A stretch of DNA of 64,000 bases from Octopus vulgaris (Eukaryota): positions 43,090,001-43,154,000 of the forward strand of contig OX597834.1 of assembly GCA_951406725.2 (NCBI GenBank), written 5' to 3'. Shown in pieces: positions 53,896 through 64,000 of the stretch. The notes beneath the pieces were generated by a model. It saw only the letters and a list, made by a program, of their open reading frames with translations. It did no database searches and was not told the origin of the DNA. Both the position numbers and the translations under genes were made by a program. How positions within the stretch are numbered: the stretch's first letter is position 1; every line of letters begins with the position of its first letter.

Positions 53896-54642
53896 AAACA
53901 CATACACACACACACACATAAAGACATGTGCGCACATAGATATATACGTTAGGCATTTACATACAATATATGTGCATATATATACATATATGTATAATAT
54001 AATATAATATATATATATATATATATACACACACAAACGTGTGTGTGTGTGTGTGTAAATTTTATATGTATATTTATATTGGAATGGTATATGAAAATAA
54101 ATCAGTTATACATATTGAAATATGTTTATGAGTAGATATTCACTACATATTTTATCGAATTTCTGACACTATAATATGGCGATCAACTCGGCTGAATATG
54201 CATATGAGTGCGTTCGTGTGTGTGTGTGTGTGTTTGTGTATGAGGATATATGTTTATATTTTTATACACACAAAATCTCTCACGAGTACTCGTATCCACG
54301 TATGCATATGTGCATATTCACTTATTGTCATTAAATCTACTTTGAAGTTGCTTAAATATCAAAGATAATTAACACTACCAGTGATGTCAAAACGTCAAAG
54401 AAATTTCTTGATGTGTTTCACATGTTCGTTCATATACCTTATGTTGTTAAAAACCCTACAGACCCTCAACCACTTCTCTCTAAATCCCATTATTCACAAT
54501 GTGTTTATTTTTCTGTTTTTATGTTATAATATTAATATTCTATTATAAAACGTATTATTTTGTGTGGTTGTTTGCGTTGTTGAACTCCAGGTTAATATTC
54601 TTTATCAACTGGATATCCGAAAAAAAAAAAGCCCTTAACATA

Positions 54643-54792
54643 CGAGCGAGTGCTGAAAAGTTCTTTGCCTTAACGCTTTCGTGAAAGGCCTAGCTGAAGG
54701 CCCAACATTCTGAGTTCTGTTACAGGTCATAGAAAAAATGAAGGACCGCTGCAATAAATTGTGAATTTGAGGGGGGAATATGTTGAATAAAT
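54643..54792 (+). mobile_element. Mariner-derived MITE, second copy, interrupted
   Basis: TA|CGAGCGAGTGCTGAAAAGTTC left TIR; interior AGGCCCAA..GAGTTC..GAAGGACCGCTGCAATAA..GGGGAATATGTTGAATAA matches 20212-20434. Confidence 0.8.
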
Positions 54793-54817
54793 ACATAAAT
54801 ATATATAAATACATATA

Positions 54818-55200
54818 GGCGCATGTTGGTAAGTAGCTTGCTTACCAACCACATGGTTCCGGGTTCAGTGTCTTCTACTATAGCCTTGGGCCGACCAAAG
54901 CATTGTGAGTGGATTCGGTAGAAAGAAACTGAAATAAGCCCGTCGTATATATGTATATATATATGTGTGTGTGTGTCTGTATATGTTTGCGTGTCTGTGT
55001 TTTACCCCCCAACATCGCTTGACAACAGATGGTGGTGTGTTTACGTCCACGTAACTTAGCGGTTCGGCATAAGAGACCGATAGAATCAGTACTAGGGTTA
55101 CAAAGAATAAGTCCTGGGGTCGATTTGCTCGACTAAAAGGCGGTGCTCCAGCATGGCCGCAGTCAAATCACTGAAGCAAGTAAAAGAGTAAAAGAGAGTA
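54818..55200 (+). mobile_element. SINE family A
   Basis: Head, internal (TA/TG) tract, 3' hairpin tail and GTAAAAGA repeats. Confidence 0.92.
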
Positions 55201-55986
55201 AATAATTCTTCTCTACTTTCTTTTACCCACTGAATTTTTTAACCATAATTTCTTTGATTTTCTTTTGAAATGGCAGTGTACGTTTTGAGAGAGAATTATT
55301 TCCGTCCAAATACATCTGTCTTACAAAATGTGAATTTATTCTCGGACATATTTGCATAGAGTAACGTGATATCACCGAGCAAACAATATCAGTTGTGTTA
55401 TATCGTGCTTAACAGAAAGACACCTATCTCACCAACGCCTACGCTATTGTTTTGTGTATAACTACTCCAGCTTCACCATCTGTCTGTCTGTCTATATCTG
55501 TCTCTCTCTGAATTTCTCTTTCTATATCTCCGTCTATCTGTCCGTCTATATATCTGTCTCTCTGTCTGTTTGTCTGCGTGTGTGTCTGTTTGTCTCTCCT
55601 TCTCTGTCTGTCTGTCTGTCTCTCTCTCTGTCTCTCTGTCTCTCTGTCTCTCTGTCTGTCTCTCTCTCTCTCCCCTTACTCAAAGTTCACCATTGTGCAC
55701 AATATGGTCTGGAACTTTTTTATTTTTGGCGAATGCATGTTACCGATGTTAGCATTTGGCAGAAGTGATACTAATTTTCAATTGGATTCTGTCCACGATT
55801 CTATGAAAGCGGAATTTCTCCATCTTTGAGAGTATGCCGAGTGTGTTTCCATGGAAATTTGTCGTTTAACCACATCAAAACAAATCGAGCAGATCTCTCA
55901 TCTAACTCAAGGATATGTTATGTACTAGGTAGCACTGCCTTAATCCAAAGTATAATGTCCTTCTACAAATTTATAAGGTCCGATTT

Positions 55987-56121
55987 GGCACAGGCGTGGC
56001 TGTGTGGAAAGGAGTCAGGCGCAGGCGTTGCTGTGTGTAAGAGGGTTGTTTCTCAGCCACATGGTTGGGAAGGACGTAGGATAAATGTCTCCCGCTATAG
56101 CCTCGGACATACCAAAGCCTC
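55987..56121 (+). mobile_element. SINE family A, 5' part with duplicated head
   Basis: GGCACAGGCGTGGCTGTGTGG followed by GGCGCAGGCGTTGCTGTGTG..CCACATGGTT..CTATAGCCTCGG..ACCAAAGCCT. Confidence 0.75.
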
Positions 56122-56182
56122 GTATGTATGTATGTATGTATGTATGTATGTATGTATGTATGTATGTATGTATGTATGTATG

Positions 56183-56213
<31 letters not shown>

Positions 56214-56782
56214 GTATGTATTTATGTATGTATGTATGTATGTGTGTGTGTGTGTACGTACGTATGTATGTATGTATGTATGTATGTATGTATGTATGTA
56301 TGTATGTATGTATGTATGTATGCATGCATGTATGTATGTATGTATGTATGTATGTATGTATGTATGTGTGTGTGTGTATGTATGTATGTATGTATGCATG
56401 CATGCATGTATGTATGTATGCATGCATGTATGTATGTATGTATGTATGCATGTATGTATGTATGTATGTATGTATGTATGTATGTATGTATGCATGTACG
56501 TATGTATGTATGTATGTATGTATGTATGTATGTATGTATGTATGTATGTATGTATGTATGTATGTATGTATGTATGTATGTATGTGTGTGTGTACGTATG
56601 TATGTATGTATGTATGCATGTATGTATGTATGTATGTATGCATGTATGTATGCATGTATGTATGTATGTATGTATGTATGTATGTATGTATGTATGTATG
56701 TATGTATGTATGCATGTATGTATACATGTATGTATGTATGTATGTATGTATGTATATATGTGAATGTATGTATGTATGTATG

Positions 56783-56814
<32 letters not shown>

Positions 56815-57224
56815 TGTATGTATGTATATATGTGTATGTATGTATGTATGTATGTATGTATGTATGTATGTATGTATGTATGTATGCATGTATGTATGTA
56901 TGTATGTATGTATGTATGTATGTATGTATGTATGTATGTATGTATGTATGCATGTATGTATGTATGTATGTATGTATGTATGTATGTATGTATGTATGTA
57001 TGTATGTGTGTGTGTATGTATGTATGTATGTATGTATGTATGTATGTATGTATGTATGTATGTATGTATGCATGTATGTATGCATGTATGTATGTATGTA
57101 TGTATGTATGTATGTATACATGTATGTATGTATGTATGTATGTATGTATGTATGTATGTATGTATGTATGTATGTATGTATGTATGTATGTATATATGTG
57201 AATGTATGTATGTATGTATGTATG

Positions 57225-57256
<32 letters not shown>

Positions 57257-57432
57257 TGTATATATGTGGATGTATGTATGTATGTATGTATGTATGTATG
57301 CATGTATGCATGTATGTATGTATGTATGTATGCATGTATGTATGTATGTATGTATGTATGTATGTATGTGAATGTATGTATGTATGTATGTATGTATGTA
57401 TGTGAATGTATGTATGTATGTATGTATGTATG
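56122..57432. repeat. 1.3 kb (TATG)n array
   Basis: Continuous TATG with CATG, TACG and TG variants; source of the 379-555 aa ORFs. Confidence 0.97.
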
Positions 57433-57439
57433 GATGGAT

Positions 57440-57631
57440 ATAGTTGGAATTTGCGAAAAAAAAATGAAACAAAAGACGAAGACGGGTGTGTAAATAACAC
57501 AAACAAGATGTATTGGTTTAACGCACGGGAAATGAGAAGGTCTTTTACGTTTCGATCCTACGCCCTTCAACAGAAAGGAACACAGAAATACACAGAGAGA
57601 GAAGAGAAAAGAAGGTTTAGTGGTTAGCGAT

Positions 57632-57632
<1 letters not shown>
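57440..57632 (-). mobile_element. Short Penelope-pLTR-like repeat with minimal hammerhead-like motif
   Basis: Minus CUUU-CUGUUGA-A-GGGC(GUAG)GAUC-GAAAC-GUA-AAAG; shares AAACAAAAGACGAAG..TGTATT.GT with 46800-46940. Confidence 0.65.
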
Positions 57633-57662
<30 letters not shown>

Positions 57663-57666
<4 letters not shown>

Positions 57667-57774
57667 CCTGCTCGCTTAGCCAGCGAGGTGGCGTCATTCG
57701 AAGGCTAAAACAATGCGAACGCATTGTGACCAGCGATGTGTAGCAACATCTGATGGTCTGGCCGGTCACGTGAT

Positions 57775-57782
<8 letters not shown>
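57663..57782 (+). mobile_element. Structured 120 bp insertion in (TA)n, probably a 5'-truncated retroposon 3' end
   Basis: GC-rich island between TA runs, with hairpins and a terminal TCACGTGA repeat. Confidence 0.5.
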
Positions 57783-57806
<24 letters not shown>

Positions 57807-58199
57807 TCATATGTGCCTGTCCACACGTTTATGGATACATCTACCAATACATGCTATTATAACGTACTTATTCGTCGCTGTAGTATCACCAATATTTGTG
57901 ACGATACCTGTTTAGACTATAACCGTGTAGTAACAACAATCATATAACATATAACGAAACATATGACGAAACACCGTGACAATCCATATGAGTCCAGAGT
58001 GTGAGAGCTTCAGGGTAAGTTAGATCATCCCTCTCAAAATACGCACTGAAATTGAGTTCATATTACATTATACACATTTTTAATTAGCAGAATAGTCAAC
58101 GGCGAGTATTGAACCGACGACTCTGCTGGTTTTATACCCGCATCTTTGTGTATGTCTTTATATGCGTATGTTTATTTGCATCAGTGTGTGTGTGTGTAT

Positions 58200-58240
<41 letters not shown>

Positions 58241-60052
58241 TGTGTGTGTGCCTGTGCAATTATTTACACTTGTACAAATGGATTTGTTTGTAAAAGCATT
58301 CTAAGTAAATACTTTTGTCGCTGTAACACTGTTAATCCCTCGGCAATAATAACACAGGAAATAGTAAATACATCTGCTAATTATCACACAAACCTATCTC
58401 AGTAACTCTGAATATCAATTCCACATAATGACAATGACTTTCGTTTGAAATGTGGAAGATATCTGTCAACTGCTAATATTAAGAGCGTCGTTGTTACTCT
58501 GTGTGTATATTATTCAACTGACAAGGTCGGTCGGAAATGCTTATCTTTACAGTGTGTATATAACACTAAAGTAGATCGTAAATTGAATGAAATCAATCAA
58601 TACAAACTGACAATCTTGTTAGTGCGTTTCTTATGTCTAATATAGATTTTAATGTTTTCAGTTCAGAATAAATAAACATTAGATTGAGATTTTTCCCCTA
58701 CGAAGGAAACCATTAAGTTTGTCACCGATAATTCTATAAAACCTCATTGTCTTTTAAGTTTAGAGTCCTAAGAATCGGTAGGTGGGTGAAGTGATAGAAG
58801 AAACAGCAACAGGAATATCTGAAATAGGTACATCTTTATGTTGTTGTAAGACGAAATCGTAAAAGTATAAACCTAGCTATAGTAAACGGAAAAATTCTCT
58901 CGTTCCCTGATGTAGTATTAACTCAAATCTATTCATACACATTATTACGAAGCCAGGAATCCGTTGAAATAGTGCTTATCTCTAGTTTATGCAGAGTTAA
59001 ACGGATCAGAGGTATATCCTTTCGAATAAAATTTTAGTCGAAAGCAGCTAGATGCTTCTATAGCAAATTCTCACACTGTTCAAATTGCTTAAAAAAACAC
59101 GGGTAATGTATAATTCGATAGATAGACTTAATTCTTTGCCTAGCTTAACATCGCACCCGTAACTTAAGTGCGTTGAGAGAAGCTTGAGACCTTCCTTAGG
59201 CAATTATCAACTTCCTTCTTTTCTATCAGGGAACTTTAAAATAGTGACATGAGCGCTGTCATACTTACTCTCAGCAAAAATGACGTCTATTTTTCTTTGG
59301 TTATACTTTGATCCCAAGGTTCTGCAGAACAAAGATCAGAGACGTTCCAATTATGACAACCTCGTATTCTAAGAATTTCAATGAATGCATTGTTCTTTAC
59401 TTAACTATACTAAAGGGTCAATGTGGTTATATTTATTTACTTTTCTTACCAGGTCGTAATCTCTTTGCTAACGTTAGATCAGAGTAGGAAAAGTAGAAGG
59501 CTTATCGAGTGACAAGAGGACCAGTTAATCTCTTGAACATAAGACCCACGTGGTGTGTATTCAATGACCAAATTATTTGTTTATTTTTTATTTAGAGATG
59601 ACTGCAAAATATATATATTCTGGTACACAGATATTTAAACGGAATTATATATTTCCATGGCACTGGAAGATACAAAATAGAAAGAGAATGTGAACACAAA
59701 ATCCTTGCGGTATATCTGTGAGATATTGTATGGTCACTTAACCTGTCGCATCAGCCTTTCACTGTCTGTACCGTCTGCTACATTATCCGATGTAAATATT
59801 TATTTTCTAAGGTTATATTTTATGGTAGTATTGTAGAAACCATGTCAGCTGCCTTCCATTGTGATTCCAAGTGCGACCGTCACTACTTTATAAATTTTAT
59901 ACCTTGGACCATATTATCCAACGTGGGTTTTCATTCTTATTCAAAAATTCTTGTGTGCAATTTCATGGGTAGTCTCCAGTTAGGTTTAAATGATCAACAG
60001 TCCACCTGAACGCCTCTCGCTGAACCATTGTAGTGCATTGAAAATTAAAACT

Positions 60053-60245
60053 GGTTTCAAATTTTAGCAGAGACCAGTAATTTTAGGAAAGGGGTTGAGT
60101 CGATAACATCGACCTCGGTGCTCAACTGGTGCTTATTTTATCGGCCCCGAAAGGATGAAATCCAAGGTCGACCACGGCAGTATTTGAACATCAGAACGGA
60201 CGAAAAATAGCTAAGAATTTTGCCCGGCGTGCTGATGCTCGCCGC
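60053..60245 (-). mobile_element. SINE family B
   Basis: TTTTATCGGCCCCGAAAGGATGAAA..GTCGACC..TTTGCCCGGCGTGCT. Confidence 0.85.
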
Positions 60246-60514
60246 ATTCACTTCTACATTAATATTGCTTTTGTGGTTGTAGTGACGCAGTTGAGCTCTG
60301 AACGATCAAAATCTTCCAAATCTTATACATGTGCCAAGTATATTATTATATTAAAATTTTGTTATCCACTGTGATACTCCCTTGTTGTCGTAGCTGGCGT
60401 TGCTGTTGTTTAAAATATTATTATTCTGGTAGAATGTAGACCAGTGATAACCATTTCATCTTGTTTTCAAACAATGGGTATATTAGAACATATAATTTGA
60501 TATATCCCTTTCTT

Positions 60515-60730
60515 AAGGTGGCGAGCTGGTAGGATTGTTCGCGAACCGGGCGAAATGCTCAGCGGATTTGGTGTATCTTCATTCTCTGAGTTCAAATTCC
60601 GCCGATGTTGACTTTGCCTTTTCTCATTTCGAGGTTGACAAAGTAAGCACCAGTCGAATACAGGGGTCGATGTAATCGACTAACTGTTCTCCTGAAATTG
60701 CTGGCCTAGTGCCTACATTTGGAACCGATA
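60515..60730 (+). mobile_element. SINE family B
   Basis: AAGGTGGCGAGCTGG..CTGAGTTCAAATTCCGCC..GGGGTCGATGTAATCGACT. Confidence 0.88.
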
Positions 60731-60854
60731 TATCCTTTTCTTTCTCTTTTAAACATGCTGCAATATAATCTGAACGTTGTTTCCTTCATGTTTTGACAAT
60801 ATCAAATGACAGCGTAGAAGATGTTCTGCCAATTCGATATTCTCTCTTTTTAAG

Positions 60855-61059
60855 CTCTCTTTTACTTGTTTCAGTCATTTGACGGTGGCCATACTGGAGC
60901 ACCGCATTCAATCGAGCAAATCGACCCCAGGAATTATTCTTTGTATGCCTAGTACATATTCAATCGGTCCTTTGCTGAACCGCTAAGCTACGGGGGCCTA
61001 AAACACACCACCATCGGTTGTCAAGCGTATACACACACATACATACATACATACATACA

Positions 61060-61091
<32 letters not shown>

Positions 61092-61233
61092 CATATATCA
61101 AATCCACTCACAAGGCTTTGGTCGGCCCGAGGATACAGTAGAAGACACTTGCCCAAGATGCCACGCCGTGGGAATGAACCCGGAACTGTGAGGTTGGTAA
61201 GCAAGCAACTTACCACACAGCCACTCCTGCGCC
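60855..61233 (-). mobile_element. SINE family A, full length
   Basis: Ends CCACACAGCCACTCCTGCGCC (the head on the minus strand); internal (CATA)n. Confidence 0.92.
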
Positions 61234-61783
61234 TTTTATTATGTTATATCATTTCCTTCATATCTTGTGCGATAAACTGATCTGAAACCGTCTCTCTGAC
61301 CTGGGCATGACTCAAAGCAACTCTAACTTTTATTTGCTCAGAAAATATACGCGGAAGTAAAAGATTATCATACATACAAACACGATAGCTTATCAGTTTT
61401 CCGCATGAATAATCCCGCTTTCTCTCCACATTTAATCTGAAGAATTTCAGACATTAATTTTAAACAATTCTCGCTCGGTTTTCGTTGAAGTTATTAATTT
61501 GTTTTTAGTTTTTAAATTTACATATCCTTAAAGAAAATGCGTAAGTAAAATATGAGGTTGTTTTCTAATTAAATGGCAATTATATGTTAATATATTACAA
61601 TACATTTTTGTATTTTGGTGTTTGTTTCGATGTGTTTTACTGTTTTATTTCTTTGTTTGTTATCAGGATATGACAATGTTTTCAGATATTAACTTTTAAT
61701 AAATCTCTAATTCTTGAAATTTCATTTATATTCAAATATATAAATCCACATACGTGCATACACACACGCAAACACAAACACAC

Positions 61784-61857
<74 letters not shown>

Positions 61858-61906
61858 GTATGTATGTATAACAATTTATATGAACATATATATTTACATA
61901 TATAAG

Positions 61907-62488
61907 CACAGTCATAGTGTGTGTGGTTAGAAGCTTGTTTCCCGCAAGGCGGCGAGCTAGCAGAAACGTTAGCACGCCGGGCGAAATGCTTAGCGGTATT
62001 TCGTCTGCTGCTACGTTCTGAGTTCAAATTCCGCCGAGGTCGACTTTGCCTTTCATCCTTTCGGGGTCGATTAAATAAGTACCCTGTTACGCACTGGCGT
62101 CGATATAATCGACTAAATCCGTTTGTCTGTCCTTGTTTGTCCTCTCCGTGTGATTTCGGTTTCAGTACCACTGCGGGGAACGTTGGGCAAGTGTCTCCTA
62201 CAATAGCCTCGGGCCGACCAAATCACTTGTGATTAGATTTCATTGAAGGAAACTGAAAGAAGCCTGTAGTATATATGTGTATATTTGTGTGTGAGTTTGT
62301 GTTTGAACACCCAACAACATCGCTTCACAACAGACGTTGGTGTGTTTACGTAATCATAACTTAGCGGTTCGGCAAAAGAAAACGATCGAGTAATTACTAG
62401 GCTTACATATGACCTGGGGTCTATTTGGTCGACCAGGGTCGGTGCTCCAGCATGACTGCAGTCAAATGATTGAAACAAGTGAAAGAAT
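61907..62488 (+). mobile_element. SINE family A interrupted by SINE family B (61947-62150)
   Basis: The A-family A-box part (GTGTGTGGTTAGAAGCTTG) precedes a well-preserved B copy; the A element resumes at GGTTTCAGTACCACTGCG. Confidence 0.85.
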
Positions 62489-62538
62489 ATATATGTATCG
62501 TAGGGTATAATTATAAATAGGGCAAATTTTAGCCATTA

Positions 62539-62860
62539 TCTATCTCTCTATATATCTTTATATATAAAATTGAAGTTGTGTGTCTGAGACTCTGTCTCCT
62601 CCGCTTTAGATTCCTAACTGCCCCCACATTTTGCGGTGCAGTTTAACCAAAAGCGGGTCTCTTATATTCGTCATTCATATCGAGCCCTTCTGGGTATTAG
62701 CACGCGTCTACGATGAGTCTACGATTTAAAAAAAAAATTACCTCATTTTTCCGCATTTTTAATGATTTTTGCTTGGGTTATATAAGGAAAGTAACTCTCT
62801 AAAAATGCTTGTATAGTTATTTCCCTTACAAACCCGAGCAACGCCGGGCGATACTGCTAG
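62539..62860 (+). mobile_element. Non-autonomous Helitron-like element
   Basis: A|TC start, TATATATAAAATTGAAGTTGT, end CCCGAGCAACGCCGGGCGATACTGCTAG|T. Confidence 0.82.
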
Positions 62861-63139
62861 TATATATATATAACATAATATACATATATGCATGTATACA
62901 TACATATATATATACATACTTACATATATATGAATTTTGTTAACCAGCTAGAAACATCATTGTATGATGTTTTTAGCGATGAAGCAGGCAGATATTCAGT
63001 TATGTATTGGTATAAGTGCAATATTTGGTACAGCTGTCAAGAACGGTGTGCCTTGGTCATAGATATGTCCAATCAGGGCTTACCTTAAACCACAATCAAT
63101 ACTACGTTGACCTCTACGACGAAGACGGCCCCTACCAAC

Positions 63140-63284
63140 ACACACGCCTCAACACCATCAACACCACCATCACTGCCAACACCAATACCAACACCAGTAT
63201 CATCCCCACCACCACCACCACCATCACTACAAGACCACCACCACCACTACCACTACTACCATCCCTAGCACCAAAACCAGCATC

Positions 63285-63316
<32 letters not shown>

Positions 63317-63337
63317 CAACAACACCACCACCACCGC
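63140..63337. repeat. Degenerate (ACC/AAC)n tract
   Basis: Direct inspection; source of the Thr/Pro-rich ORF. Confidence 0.85.
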
Positions 63338-63869
63338 CGTCTTCCTACAAATCGCATCGCAATATTTTATAAAGGGATGTGTACATTGATCAAGATGGAC
63401 CTAAACTCTGGGGGGTCACACAAGCCCTTGGAGTGAATGCATTTAATCGTTTCTCAGTTCGATCATATCCGATTTACGGTTTAACAAAACAAAAGCAATA
63501 ACTGGACGCAATAATTCAACACATCCATTGTAAAAAATATATTAGATGACAGAAAGCAATAAACAGGGTTATGAATTGATGAAATATCATTGAGGCTATT
63601 GCGAACGGACTTACGTGGACACAAATATAATTTGAAAATGAACAGATTCCAGACACACTTGGTTTCAACATCGAAGCTTCTTATCTTCGGCGGTCTTAAA
63701 ATATTTCATACAAATAACTCATCTTTCCAATGAAAACAGTTGATGATGAAGATGATTCCAACATCAAAACAGTATCACATGATGCGAAAACAAATTTGTA
63801 AAGCAATGAAACGATCATTAATCGTACTCCTATTAAGTTTTATTTATGCGTACATACATACATACATTT

Positions 63870-63909
<40 letters not shown>

Positions 63910-63934
63910 ATATCTATCTATCTATCTATCTATA

Positions 63935-63989
<55 letters not shown>

Positions 63990-64000
63990 GTATTTATGAG

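Noticed and set aside
55826-57570. 379-555 aa ORFs on both strands
   Set aside because: Translations of (TATG)n (MYVC/HTYI repeats), which lacks stops in most frames; no domain content.
63016-63372. Thr/Pro-rich mucin-like ORF
   Set aside because: Derived from a degenerate (ACC)n tract.

Overview
AT-rich eukaryotic non-coding DNA, intergenic or inside a large intron, crowded with microsatellites and retroposons. The SINE repertoire and (TA)n/(TATG)n/(AAT)n density point to a cephalopod, most likely Octopus (inference). I found no intact host protein-coding gene; nearly all ORFs in the track are translations of microsatellites. Supported features: at least four tRNA-headed SINE families (A, B, C, D; about 30 copies, some nested or tandem), decayed RTE and L1/Tx1 LINE ORF2 fragments, two mariner-derived MITEs, two non-autonomous Helitrons with shared ends but different interiors, a 10-unit 47-67 bp minisatellite and a 1.3 kb (TATG)n array. 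The most interesting signal is RNA-structural. Several short, unrelated elements sitting in (TA)n tracts carry type I hammerhead-ribozyme-like folds of the Penelope pLTR type, one family with a recurrent CUGUUGA core, and several lie next to fold-back inversions. One SINE also carries an HDV-like ribozyme fold in its body. All folds were read by eye and need computational and biochemical confirmation.
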